Shown: positions 37,561-52,004 of the stretch, one piece after another
Position numbering within the stretch: the stretch's first letter is position 1
Layout: each line of letters begins with the position of its first letter
Source of the DNA: Octopus sinensis
Taxonomy: Eukaryota
Length of the DNA: 64,000 nt
NCBI RefSeq assembly: GCF_006345805.1
Contig: NC_043011.1
Location: forward strand, 54,076,464 to 54,140,463
Direction: 5' to 3'
The notes under the pieces: model-generated
What the model was told of the DNA's origin: nothing
Seen by the model: the letters and a program-made list of their open reading frames with translations, nothing else
The model's database searches: none
Program-made: the position numbers and the translations under genes

Positions 37561-38419
37561 GTGAGAGGTGACGTCGTTTTCCTAACATGTGCAATGATTA
37601 TGTCGTTCTTTTGCTGACGAAGGAGACAAGATTGGTACAACTGGGATCAATGCAATCAATTGTTGTCTCTCCTCGAAATTGGTGGTCTTGTCTTAAAATT
37701 ATATATATAAAAAAAATTAACCATAGGCGCAGTTGCGACTGTGTGGTAAGAAGCTTCCTTCCCAACCACATGGTTCCGGGTTCAGTCCCACTGCCTGACA
37801 CCTCGGACAACGACCTTCTAATATAACTACAGGACGAGCAAAGATACACAGAAAAGAAACAAGGAGAGAAAAAAATGCGTGTAGGAGCTGGAACAGAAAC
37901 GTAATAGAGGGCATTAAAACGTTCGGACTGATAGACGACACGAAAGCGGACAAGAGAAACAACAATTAGAAGGACAAGCAAAAAAAGACGGGTCATTCTT
38001 GGCTTTCTTTCATCAGTCAAGTACCAAAGTCACGACCATTTCGGACAGTTACACTTGAGATGGTTCGATCTGGTTGTCCCCCCAAAAGTCTAAGCTAAGA
38101 GCATGAGACACCTTTGTAAGAAAGCTAGCGAATGTGTACGGCAACAAAGACAAAAAAACAAACAAACAAAAACAAAAACAGAGAACATGGTACACATTTA
38201 TGAATACAACAAGAAATAACAATTGGCGTCTTTCGACTGAGAACGATTCAAATTGAGCTGGCGTGTATGAAGTGAAAGCCTATATATATATACATACGTA
38301 CACATACATATATATACATATATTCTCACATATATATATATATTTACATATATATACACATATAAACATACACACGCACATATATATACATATACATACA
38401 TATACACACACATATATAT

Positions 38420-38640
38420 ATTTATGTGTGTGTCTTTGTGTCTCTGTTTGTCACCCCCCACCTCGTTTGATAACTGATGTTCGTGTGTAATAGAGCGGTT
38501 GGGTAAGAGACCGATAGAATAAGTATTAGACTTAAAAAAAGAAGCTCTGCGGTCGATTTGTTCGACTAAAACTCTTCAAGGCGGTGCCCCAGCGTGGCCG
38601 CAGTCAAATGACTGAAACAAGTAAAAGATAATAAATAAAA
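38420..38640 (+). mobile_element. SINE family A, 3' half
   Basis: Follows (TA/CA)n; ends gaaacaagtaaaagataa. Confidence 0.7.
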
Positions 38641-38644
38641 AGAT

Positions 38645-39165
38645 AAAATGATGAAAACGAGTACAAGATGAGATAAATGTGTCAAAAATACAATAATATT
38701 ATGCAAAGTAATTACAATTGGGTGCATTAAATTAGATACTGACACAGATGTTAGAAAACGAAGCCTGAACGTCATACGCAAGTACTTCGGTGTCGATGAA
38801 ATTAATAAAATACATCACTCAGAAATGAAAGAGAAAATTAGAAAAGTGTTCTACAGAAACGTCAGCCTAATAAAAATGAAAAAAAGCTGAGCTAAACGGA
38901 AGAAATATACGAGAAGTATAAATACTTTAGACATCTCATTTATGAACTTATAATTTCAACATAAGCTGGAAAGTCAGCGAATTGAATAGCTTAAAGCGAA
39001 AAAACCAAGTGAAGTATTAACAAAGTTTGTGTGTCACTAACTCAAAGCTGATAAACTATATGTACCTCGCATCTATAGAAGAAAGGAGTCTGATACCAAA
39101 TAGAAAACTACTACAAAATAACAATACTTGACTTAAGAAGCAAGCAAACGGAAACAGATTAGTAT
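38645..39165 (+). mobile_element. Heavily degraded R4/Dong fragment
   Basis: KYFG...EMKEKIRK...LNGRN...KLYVPR; similar to 30740-31090. Confidence 0.55.
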
Positions 39166-39170
39166 AATGG

Positions 39171-39536
39171 ATGGAAGCACTCCGTCGGTTACGACGACGA
39201 GGGTTCCGGTTGACCCGAATCAACGGAACAGCCTGCTCGTGAAATTAACGTGTAAGTGGCTGAGCACTCCACAGAAACGTTGCACCTTAACGTAGTTCTC
39301 GCGGATATTCAGCGTGACACAGAGGAGTGACAAGGCCGGCCCCTTGAAATACAGGTACAACAGAAACAGGAAGTAAGAGTGAGAGAAAGTTGTGGTTGAA
39401 AGAGTAGAGCAGGGATCACCACCATCCCCTGCCGGAGCCTCGTGGAGGTTTTAGATGTTTTCGCTCAATAAACACTCACAACGCCCGGTCTGGGAATCGA
39501 AAACCGCGATCCTGACCCTTAGTCCGCTGCCCTAAC
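39171..39536 (-). mobile_element. SINE family C, head cut off by the gap
   Basis: Near-identical to 58241-58623. Confidence 0.85.
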
Positions 39537-39636
39537 NNNNNNNNNNNNNNNNNNNNNNNNNNNNNNNNNNNNNNNNNNNNNNNNNNNNNNNNNNNNNNNN
39601 NNNNNNNNNNNNNNNNNNNNNNNNNNNNNNNNNNNN
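39537..39636. other. Assembly gap (exactly 100 N)
   Basis: Directly visible; a round number suggests a placeholder of unknown size. Confidence 0.99.
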
Positions 39637-40193
39637 AAACGGACAGAATAAGACTGAAGCTATCAACACCTGGGCGGTTTCACTCCTTAGATATGGAGCA
39701 GGAGTAATCGCATGAACAGTAGATGAACTAAACAGCTTAGACAGAAAGACAAGGAAGTTGTTGACTAGATATGGGATACTCCACCCAAAAAGTGACACGG
39801 ACAGGCTGTATGTACCAAGAAAAAGAGAGGGAAGAAGACTTATTGGATGTGAACACAGCATTAGAGCAGAAGAAAACAACATAGCATGGTTTGTAAAAAA
39901 AACGCCACAGAACTACTATTGTTGGAAGTAAGAAGGTCAGGATTGTGTAGGATGGAAGACTTTTCCTTCTCTCTTTTACTTGTTCCAGTCACTTGACTGT
40001 GGCCACGCTGGAGCACTGCCTTTAGTCGAGCAAATCAACCCCAGGACTTATTCTTTGTAAGCCTAGTACTTATTCTATTGGTTTCTTTTCACGAACTGCT
40101 ATTTTACGGGGACGTAAACACACCACCATCGGTTGTCAAGCGATGTTGGGGGGACAAATATAGACACAAACATATATTCACACATACATACAT

Positions 40194-40243
<50 letters not shown>

Positions 40244-41227
40244 GACGGGCTTCCTTCAGTTTCCGTCTACCAAATTCATTCACGAGTCTGTAGTCGACCC
40301 GAAGCTATAATACAAGGCACTTGCCCAAGATGCAAAGATAAAGTACTGTACAAGCACTTGAGAATGAGTGAAACTGAAAATAGGTGGATAAAGAAAAGAA
40401 TGCATGGATAATTTCATAGGGATGTTGAAGATAAGACAGACAGAGAAAAAGAGATGGCTATGAATGACTAAAAGTGATTTAAAACCGGAAACGGAGGCTC
40501 TAATCTGTGCTGCCCAAGAACCAGCATTAAGAACGAATTACATCAAATACAGAATAGGCAACACAGCAGAAAGTGATAAGTGCAGAATTTGTGGACAAAA
40601 TGGGGAAACCGTATCGTATATTACCAGTCAATGTACGCCACTAACCCAGAAAGAATATAAGAGACATCATGATAACATAGCAAGGATTATCCATTGTACA
40701 CTTTGCAACAAGTATGGACTAGACAGTGCAAAAACGTGGTATGAACATAAACCCGAAGGCATCATCGAAAATGATAATGTAAAGATCCTATGGGATTTTA
40801 TGATTCAGTGCGACCATGAAATAGAGAATAGGAAGCCGGACATATTCTTAATTGAGAAAGAAAGCAAACGATGCTGGATCATAGATATAGCATGCCCAGC
40901 TAACAACAAGGTATGCGATAAGGAAGAAAGAAAAGTCGATAGATATGACAGGTTAGCTTGGGCGGTTAAGCAGTTGTCGTCGATGAAAAAGGTGATAGTA
41001 GTACCAATAATTGTCGGAGCCCTGAGAACAGTGAGTTAAAATCTCGAGAAGTACATGGATCAAATAGAGGCTGTAATAAGGGTGGAGCGCTTGCAGAAAA
41101 CAGCACTGCTTGGAACAGCTCTAATAATCCGGATGGTGCTCGAAAAATAAGGGGTGTTATTTTAGTTCAGTGGTAGTGAACAGCTGACACTGCGGTACAT
41201 CTCCAGCGTTAGAAGCTGTGCAAAGGC
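39637..41227 (+). mobile_element. Second R4/Dong-clade family, 3' part
   Basis: AINTWAVSLLRYGAG, LKPETEALICAAQE, CRICG...ITSQC, ILWDF...RKPDI...IIDIACP; ends in a short UTR followed by (AAT)n. Confidence 0.85.
39961..40331 (-). mobile_element. SINE family A inserted in the R4 element
   Basis: Family-A sequence interrupts the R4 reading frame. Confidence 0.85.
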
Positions 41228-41231
41228 AATA

Positions 41232-41286
<55 letters not shown>

Positions 41287-41298
41287 TTAATAATAATA

Positions 41299-41357
<59 letters not shown>

Positions 41358-42169
41358 AATAATAATAATAATAATAAGAAGAAGAAGAAGAAGAAGAATG
41401 ATAATAACAATAATAATGATGATAATGATGATGATGATGATTCTAAAATGTAACAGATTTAGTTAACTACATCAAGTAAAATGAAATCAAAAATCAATAA
41501 CTACTCCGAACTCACCTATTTTAGCTTTGTCCACCTCATAACCTCACGACATTTAACAGATAAAAGAAACAGACTTTCGTTACCTAAAACAAGTTAGTGT
41601 GTTGTTCCTCATAATAGACTCAACTGAAAGTCACACTCATCGGACACGTGTTAGCAGTTGTTCGACACAAGTGGACAAGTTCGCTATTCACAGCTCTGTG
41701 CGTGTTTTCGACACAGCGCTTGACGATGATTCTCTAACATTGCCAAATGAAGACGTTTTAGAAATTACCATATTCGTGGACTGTGAATGTTTCTGGTGGA
41801 CATTGTGCAAGCTTCGTGCACGCTGCTGCAAATGACTGCCACCATACTGCATTGTTTTCTGCCTAGATGCATAAACTACTGCTCACAACACTTCTTAGTA
41901 TATTAAATTTGTGGAATCTAAAAGTGCATTTCTCAATCCAAGATTTATGCTGTTACAGAGGATGGTTCTTGCCAAGGGTTGAGTTTATAAAGAACACCAA
42001 CACCCCAGGATAGCAACATCACTACAAATTTCTTTCTTTCTCTCGAACATCTTGGTTGCTCATTGGCTCGTTCACGGTTATTGTGTCACGGTTGGTATTT
42101 ATCTCCACTTAAGCGTGGATGTTCTGTTAAAACAAACTAAACTGTGGTAGTTAAACTAAAACTGGTACT

Positions 42170-42452
42170 CTGATCAACTGAACAACCTGCTCATGAAATT
42201 AACCTACAAGTGGTTGTGCACTCTACAGACACGGGTGCCCTTAACATAGCTCTCACGGAGATTCAGCAGGACACAGAATGGGACAAGGCTGGCATTTTGA
42301 AATACAGGTACTACTAATTTTTGCCAGCTGAGTCGTCTGGAGCAAAGAGAAATAAAGTGTCTGGCTCAAGGACTCGACGCACTACCAGGAATCGAGCTCA
42401 GCACCTTACTATCGTAAGCGGAGTATCCGTAACCATTAAGCCACGCACCTTC
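42170..42452 (-). mobile_element. Mosaic SINE family E, second copy
   Basis: Same D-core/C-tail junction as 24578-24884. Confidence 0.65.
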
Positions 42453-42454
42453 TC

Positions 42455-42890
42455 AAATTTTGGAACCGGGCCAGTAAGTTGGGGGATGGGGTAAGTCGAT
42501 TACATCGACACCAGTGATCATCTGATACTTATTTTGTCGATCTCGAAGGATGAAATGCTAAGTGGACCTCTGTGGAATTTGAAATCAGAACGTAAAGACG
42601 AACGAAATGCCGCAAAGAATTTTTGTCTGGCTTGCTAATGATTCTTATTTTCTTATTTCTTATTTCTTTACTACCCACAAGGGGCTAAACACAGAGGGGA
42701 CAAACAAGGTCAGACAAACGGATTAAGTCGATTATATCGACCCCAGTGCGTAACTGGTACTTATTTAATCGATCCCGAAAGGATGAAAGGCAAAGTCGAC
42801 CTCGGCGGAATTTGAACCCAGAACGTAGCGGCAGACGAAATACCGCTAAGCATTTCGTCCAGCGTGCTAACGATTCTGCCAGCTTGATGC
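42455..42890 (-). mobile_element. SINE B1 (42455-42650) plus monomeric SINE B2 (42655-42890)
   Basis: The B2 copy ends in repeated aagaaat units. Confidence 0.8.
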
Positions 42891-42994
42891 TTTTCTGCAG
42901 TAGCTACCATGAGGAAAACTACCGCAGTATAGTTTGTTCCAACAGAACATCCACGTGGAAGTGGGGACAAATAATACCTGTCGGTATTAATACT

Positions 42995-43505
<511 letters not shown>

Positions 43506-44199
43506 TACGCCTCTGTTGCTAATAAATGTCTGACTGTTGGTATTGTTGCCATTTTTGTTATTACTCTTGTTGTTCGTGTTGTTCATGTTTGTTCGTGTTG
43601 TTCATGTGGTTGTCCTCGCCATTGCTACCTTTGTTGTTGTCGTTGTTGTTGTTGCTATTTCTGAGATTGTTATAATGATTCCCATGACGTTAATGTAACA
43701 ATAGAAATGATGTCGTCGTAGCTGTAGAAACTGACGTGGCAATGACATCGAAGATTATCATTGTTACGGCAACACACAAGATTCCTTCCAATTAACTTCA
43801 TCTGTCTTTTCTCCGTCCTTCCTTCCGTGGCTAACATTATCCTAGCAGCATCCTTCTCATTCCTGTATTTTATTTTTTTTCAAGCAAAAATTATAGATTT
43901 ACGCAGGAACACCGTGTTTCATCAATTATTCGACCCCGCACGGGATCGTCCACAAAGGAAGAGAACTGTACACCATTATACCGAGTGTATAAAGGTAAAC
44001 GGCCTCTAAAGGCTAAACTGTTTGAGACAATTACAGTGTGGGGGCTATTACAATATACAACAGAACACACAGAGACTGTTAACGATATTCCAATTTATTA
44101 TTTGGTGTCAAAAGTTTCTTTGCACCAACTGCGACCTGGTTACTGGTGGGATTAAACTGCGTTCAACTAGTTTTACGGAGATACAAAATCCTGAGGGGA

Positions 44200-44268
44200 A
44201 CAGGTAAACTACTACTAATACTACTACTACTACTATTACTGCTGAAGCTGCTGCTGGTGCTGCTGCTG

Positions 44269-44320
<52 letters not shown>

Positions 44321-44411
44321 CTCTAATAATATTATTAATAATAATAATAATAATAATAATAACAACAACAATAATAACAATAATAATAATAATAATAATA
44401 ATATAATAATG

Positions 44412-44485
<74 letters not shown>

Positions 44486-44690
44486 CCTTTCTGTTATAGG
44501 AACAAGGCCTGAAATTTTGGGTGAGGGGGATAGTCGATTACATCGATCCCCTGTCCTCAACTGGTGCTAATTCTATCAACCCCCGAAATGATGAAAGGCA
44601 AAGTCGACCCCATCGGAATTTGAATTCAGAGCGTAAAGACGGACGAAATGCGGCTAAGCATTTCGCCCAGCATGCTCACGGTTCTGTCAT
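44200..44690 (-). mobile_element. SINE B1 (44485-44690) with a long (ATT)/(AGT) tail field
   Basis: Family-B core and aaaatttcaggccttg tail. Confidence 0.75.
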
Positions 44691-46299
44691 CTCAAGTAAT
44701 CATTACATCCTGTCCACTCTTCCCAAAGCGTTGCCCCTCTGAAATTCCCGCTCTGCTCCTGTCTTTCTCGCGGTTGTTCATTCGCTAAAGAAGCAAGACG
44801 AACCTTTCAAAGTATCGATTTAATTTATCGCGGAGGGTTGCGAATGCTATGGGCACTGCCCCTTTTTCCAAACAAAACAAAGTAAATAGAAATAAGTCTG
44901 TGTTGACGTTCACGCCCATCAGAACAAAACAGGTTATGCCCCTTAACTTAATGGGAAAAGCAGAGAGGATTAACGGTCCGCAATTCCCAGGGGTGATATG
45001 ATTTAATCCCTTGGAAGCGGTGCTCAAGCTCAAGCCTGGCTGCATATAAAATAACTTAGAAAGAATTTGAAAAAAATAAAACGTATATAAACAGACACAA
45101 CAATCTCCGAAATAGCCAGAAGAGTTAATTAAACGCAGCTGTCATAATTTCTTACAAGAAACGGAACTAATTTTCTGCGATTTCTTCACACAATCCGAAA
45201 TATTTTCACCGAAGTAAATGACAATGAATCCATGATGAGTGCATTATTCTGAGATATTTATAACAACAGAAACATAGAAATAAATTGAAACACACCATAT
45301 TCTCGGTTTCATTCTTAGAAATACAATTGCAGCTTCTTCATTTTATTTTCCGAGTTTTCTTTCTTCCTTTTCTTTCCCCCCCCCCCGCCATTTCGTATTT
45401 GCAATTTGTTTTTTTTTTATCTTCTCCATCTATCTTTGGAGTGTTTTTGAAAAAAAAAAAAGAGTTGTAAAACCTGGGAAGAATCTCTATTTAATGTCAG
45501 TTTTAATATAAAAAGAAGTAATAATTGTTCAGACCATTAACTGCATCTTTTCATTCTGTGATTGTTCGTCGTGTATTTATTTAGGTGTTTTAATTGTATG
45601 TTGAATTGTCTTTATTGTTGCGGTGGTCGTCGTCGCCGTCAGCATATTGTAAAAATCTTAACAGACTTGAGGAGAAATGCCAGATGAAGGAATAAAGTTC
45701 AGCTACATATGAGAAGTCATGTTATGCTATCCATCTTATTGGAATAGTTTATCCGGAGTTCAATATACCGAGCTAATATTAGGCAGCTAATTAACTCTGT
45801 ATTTAGTTTCCGCAAAGCTGACTCCACCTCCAAAAGAACAACAACGAGGATAATGCAATCGCTCGATCTTTTAGAAATAACAGCTAAATCGCCCTCAAGT
45901 ATAAACTACCATCTTTTAAAAAGAAGACAGATGAGATGAAAAGAAAAATTGCAAAAATACCAATTTGTTACAGCTGAATTGCATTCATTTGTTCACGGTT
46001 AACCTTGGGATAAAAGAAAAAGCTAAAAATCAACAACCTCAGCTTCATTTATCCAAATAACGAATGGTAGAATCTATACCTTCTCGAAAAAATTTTCCAA
46101 GTGGCTGTAGACCAGAAAAGAGCAAGCTTACCTGAGACAAAAGTCTCATCAGCACAAGAAGGTAAACAAATGAAGTCATTGTATAGTAACAGAATGGCTC
46201 ATTTTATGACAGTATGTTTCGAAACTGGATATAAAAAGTCCTTCGGGACTTACATCATGTCAAAGAAACGCAACTCATTTAGAAGATTATATAGGCCCA

Positions 46300-46445
46300 C
46301 AGATATGACTGTATGGTTAAGATGCCCGTTTTGCAGTCACCTGGTTTCGGATTCAGTGTCACTACCTAGCACCTTGGGTGTCTGCTACTATAACCCTGGG
46401 TCGGCAACTCTCTTGTGAGTGGATTTGGTAGAGAGAAACTGACAT
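46300..46445 (+). mobile_element. Old SINE A 5' half
   Basis: gactgtatggttaag...caccttgg...gtgagtggatttggtagagagaaactg. Confidence 0.6.
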
Positions 46446-46501
46446 TATATAACTAGATACTCACTCACATAAGTTGAGACAAACTATCAAAGTTGAGATA
46501 G

Positions 46502-46615
<114 letters not shown>

Positions 46616-46715
46616 ACAGATAGATCGATCGATAAACAGGTAAATAGATAGATAGACTAAACAGATAGATCGATTGATAAACAGGTAGATAGATAGATAG
46701 ACTGACGGACGGACG

Positions 46716-46810
<95 letters not shown>

Positions 46811-46811
<1 letters not shown>

Positions 46812-47245
46812 TGTTTCTTTATTAGCCACACAGGGCTGCACACAGACGGGACAAATTACAAGGTAGAGCTTTTCTTTTGGGGGATAAAAAAAAGGGGGTG
46901 GTGGTTTTCGATCAAAAGGGATCGTAAAAGGAAAGAAAGAGGAAAGCAACAAAAAAAAGGGTGGGAATAAAAGGAAAAAGAAAAAATCGATCAATAGGGA
47001 TCGTTCTCACAAAAATGTCAATATAAAGTGTAAAGGGGAGGACATGTGAGGTTTACCCGTGGAAAGAAAAGCCTACGGAAAAGACCACGGTAACCTCGGT
47101 CAATGAAGTCATATGTTATATTTTTTTACAAATAAGAAACTCTCTGTATTCATTTTTACGGTTCATAGGATCATGGTCAATGTGGCTTCGTCATTCATAC
47201 GTGCCATCCTTGCTACATTCACCTATCTTTTTTTAAAACATTCAC

Positions 47246-47248
<3 letters not shown>
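46811..47248 (-). mobile_element. Tx1 LINE 3' end, flanked by (GATA)n on both sides
   Basis: Homologous to 9700-10216; (GATA/GACA)n at 46500-46810 and (GATA)n at 47247-47330. Confidence 0.9.
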
Positions 47249-47328
<80 letters not shown>

Positions 47329-47657
47329 ATAGATTGAAAGGGTCGAACGAGAGAAATATTAAAACATCTGATATCAAGTCAACGTCGAAAACTAATGAGG
47401 CCAAAAGAGCGATGCCAAAACGATTGTATCAAAAGATTTCATACACCTGTTTGAAATGTTTTAGTAATTAATGTAAGAAGAATAATTGCGACATCGATAA
47501 TTTACTTGTGTCAACGTGAAGTGTTATTACTGGCACATGCCAATTGAATTTAACCACGCCCATAATATATATATATATGAACATCGTGTAGGAAATCTCA
47601 ACGTATTCTGTGTTGTATTGCCCTATCCACGCAGTTTCACAACATTCTGTAAAATAT

Positions 47658-47865
47658 TTATTTCTTTACTACCCACAAGGGGCTAAACACAGACGGGACA
47701 AACAAGGACAGACAAACGGATTAAGCCTATTACATCGACCCCAGTGCGTAACTGATACTTAATTTATCGACCCCGAAAGGATGAAAGGCAAAGTCGACCT
47801 CGACGGAATTTGAACTCAGAACGTAATGGCAGACAAAATACGGCTATGCATTTCGCCCGGCGTGC
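47658..47865 (-). mobile_element. Monomeric SINE B2
   Basis: Single body with a partial head, followed by 3 copies of ctataacacttgcaag. Confidence 0.85.
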
Positions 47866-48369
47866 TATAACACTTGCCAGCTATAACACTTGCAAGTTAT
47901 AACACTTGCAAGTTCTTCAGATCTACGTCAACTAGTTACGAAAATGCCAAAGTTTGAAGATATTTTCTCGGTAAACACTTTCCCAATTTTCAGGTTATCA
48001 CTATTGAGCTAGTAATGACTGAATTTCACAATATCAACACTCAACGAAATGGATTTTTAAAATAAAAAAGCTAAAATTTTTTTAAAAAGAAAAGCGACTT
48101 AAAAATTTATTAATTGCAACCATTTTCAAGTTAACAGACAGCCACTGTCTCAAGTGAGCCATCTATTTGTTGGTATAACTGGAAAGATTTCATTGTTAAA
48201 TATTAAGAAGTTTTTATCGAAAGCATCAGCAAGAAGCATAGCAGTTAATGTGGATGCATTTTCCAGAACATGAAAGGTTGACCAGCTGGAGCAATATCAT
48301 ATTTGAACAGGCTATTATTTTCAGCAACTCTTGATATCTTAGGGAGGTAAACCTGGACGTTATCAAAGA

Positions 48370-48735
48370 AGCTTGAGAGGCGGTTGGATGGAACTACACT
48401 TGCCTCCTTATGAGAACTCAAAATCTCTCGTGGAAGCGCCATCCAACCAAAATGCAAATATATGGAAAACTACCACCTGTGTCATCTTGTGGAAAGGTAG
48501 GAGAGTCCAGTTTTGCTGGACATGTGTTGTAGGGCTGAAAAAGAAGTAATTTCTACTCTTCTCCTCTGGAAGCCATCTACTCGCAATACCAGAGGGTGCA
48601 CACTCTCCTACCCTGATGTAATCTCCAGGGATACAGGCATCCAGCCACAGGACCTCCGTAATGCCATGATGGACCGTGAAGTTTGGCGTAGCATGGTAAA
48701 TTCCATTGTCTCGACCACGGTCGAACAATGATGAA
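48370..48735 (+). mobile_element. RTE-group LINE 3' end
   Basis: KKLERRLDGTYTCLLMRTQNLSWKRHPT...FAGH...LLWKP...MMDREVWR. Confidence 0.75.
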
Positions 48736-48940
48736 TGAAGGTGTAAAGGCCATTTTCATCATTTATTTTCTGTTCAAATTTCTGAGAAGTCCTCTCAAGT
48801 AAATAACGCAATGGTTGGTGTTCTAACACTACAGCTATGTTACGTTGGATACGAAGAGTGCTTTTGGTATTAATACGGCTTCTGTCATTAAAAGCTATTT
48901 TTTAATTAAGCCTCTTGGCTATTTGTGACATCGGTCCCTG

Positions 48941-48987
<47 letters not shown>

Positions 48988-49531
48988 GTGAGCGCGCATG
49001 TATGTGTGTATTAGTACGTACCTGTACGTTTGTGTTTGTGTTTCTCCACAGAACGCTTGACAATCAGTGTTGCTTTGTTTACGTCCACACAACATAGCGT
49101 TTCGACCAAAACCAGCGAAAAAGTTCCACTGAAATCCTTCAGCATGGCCGCATTTCAATAATGAAACAAGTAAAATATAAAAGAAGACATATAAAAATGT
49201 ATATATATATTATTATAATATATATATATATATATTATATATATGTATATATAATTTATATTTTTTTATATTTATTAATATTTTCAAATTAATATTTTCG
49301 AATTTTTCTCTTATGAGGTTTTTCACGCTAACTACCTGATAATTTCTTGTTAAGATTCCTTATTAAGAAAGTATCCTTAATTGTTAAATGTATATATATA
49401 TATAATATATATATATATAATATCAACAATAACAAAGGGTAAAATTAATAACTAGTAATCAATAATTTCACCAAGTAGAATTCGGCATGAAAAAGGACCA
49501 TTTCACGGTAAATAAACTATACTATTATAAA

Positions 49532-49572
<41 letters not shown>

Positions 49573-49662
49573 AATATGTTACATTACTCGGTAGTCAAGA
49601 TAAAACTCTGAGTTTCAGATGCCGAAGTGGAAAGCCACAACACCATCTCTTCGGTTATCTGG

Positions 49663-49699
<37 letters not shown>

Positions 49700-49899
49700 A
49701 TAATTTATGAGTTAGAGGTTTAGATAACCTGCAACCGTCTATGGGATAAATGTATGCGTAAGCACTACTAGTGTATTACCTAACTATATATAGGCCTTGC
49801 CATAATGCTAACAGTAGTCGGTATTAAATGGTCATAGTTTAATTGTGGTCAAAATAACATTTACAACTGTTTCAGTTTGTTATTTTTGAGGTAAACTTG

Positions 49900-50345
49900 A
49901 GGTGGTAAGTAGCTTGCTTACCAACCACATGGTTCCGGGTTCATTCCCACTCCGTGGATCCTTGGGCAAGTGTTTTCTACTATAACCTCAGGCCGACCAA
50001 AGCCTTGTGAGTGGATTTGGTAGACGGAAACTGAAAGAAGCCCGTCGTATATATATGAATATATGTATATGTATGTGTGCGTATATATCTGTGTGTCTGT
50101 GTTTGTCCCCCCCCCCAACATCGCTTGACAACCGATGGTGGTGTATTTATGTAACTTAACGGTCAGTCATATTTGACTGCGGCCATGCTGGAGCACCGCT
50201 TTTAGTCGAGCAAATCGACCCCAGGACTTATTCTTTGTACGCTTACGAAGAAAAGTCCTGGGGTCGATTTGCTTGACTAAAGGCGGTGCTCCAGCATGGC
50301 CACAGTCAAATGACTGAAACAAGTAAAAGAGTAAAGATAAAGAGA
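49900..50345 (+). mobile_element. SINE A with an internal inverted duplication
   Basis: 50164-50235 is the reverse complement of the element's own 3' end (50250-50316). Confidence 0.85.
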
Positions 50346-50377
50346 GTGATATATCTATATATATATATATATATACA

Positions 50378-50410
<33 letters not shown>

Positions 50411-50999
50411 TACATGTATATATATATATGTATGTATATATGTATGTATGTATATATGTATGTATGTATGTATGTTTGTTTGTTTGTATGTTGATAGGCT
50501 GCCAGAAGCTACAATTGAGAAGCTGTGTGTCATACGTTGGATAATAGCAGATGTCTGTTCACTATTCATTCGAGTTAGCAGCACTTTCGCGGATTCCATG
50601 ACTGCCATTTCGCTTCAGTGGTGCGTGAGTGCGGTCAGTTGGTTGGTTTTGAATTTCATTTCCGTCCGTAGACACATCTGGCTTGTACATGCGCATCTCC
50701 AACGTACGACATTACTGACAGACTTGTCACTAACGTGAAACCATTAAGTATCGGCTTGGTTTTTCTTCTTTCTCCTCAGTATACACACCGACTCGGCTGT
50801 GGGCAGAAATAATCGATATTTTATAGATACGGGAAGACTTAGTACAATTTTTTTGTATAAATATTGCCTGATTAGTTGAGCAGAAGTTTTGATGTGCTCA
50901 AAATAATATTGACCGACAATCACATAGCACGTGACTTTTTGCAACAAAATATTTTTTCTTCTACAAAATAATACATTCATGCACGCGCGTACACCCACA

Positions 51000-51016
51000 C
51001 ATAAACGTGTGTGTCG

Positions 51017-51073
<57 letters not shown>

Positions 51074-51376
51074 GAGAAAGAGAGAGAGAGAGCGATAACA
51101 TATACATACATTCATGCATACCTGCATACATACATAAATATACACACAGACACACACGCATACATACATACATGCATGCATGCATGCGTGCATACATACA
51201 TACATACATAATTACATACATACATACATACACACATACATACATATATACATACATACATACATACATACATGCATGCATGCATATATATATATATATT
51301 ATATATATAATTTACACAATTATTCTATGGAAATTGAAAGTCGTGTGATGAAAAAGACAGTAAATCTATCTATCTT

Positions 51377-51414
<38 letters not shown>

Positions 51415-51577
51415 ATCTATCTATCTTCTATCTATCTATCAATCTATCTATCTTTCTATCTGTCTGTCTATCTTAATCCCTATCTATCTATCTATCTATC
51501 TATCTATCATCTATCTATCTATCTGTCCTATCTATCTATCTATCTATCTATCTTCTATCTATCTATCTACCCTACTA

Positions 51578-51618
<41 letters not shown>

Positions 51619-51633
51619 CTATCTATCTACTTC

Positions 51634-51698
<65 letters not shown>

Positions 51699-51763
51699 CC
51701 CATCTATCTATCTATCTATCTAGCTATCTATCTATCTATCTATCTATCTACCATCTATCTATG

Positions 51764-51821
<58 letters not shown>

Positions 51822-51824
51822 CCC

Positions 51825-51894
<70 letters not shown>

Positions 51895-51937
51895 ACATGT
51901 CTGTGTGAGTATGTGCATACTTCTCTCTCACTATCTC

Positions 51938-52000
<63 letters not shown>
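51000..52000. repeat. (GA), (CATA), (TCTA), (TG) microsatellite field
   Basis: Directly visible. Confidence 0.9.

Positions 52001-52004
<4 letters not shown>

Noticed and set aside
41590-41960. Possible degraded Tc1-like transposase
   Set aside because: No frame gave recognisable HTH or DDE motifs; left unassigned.
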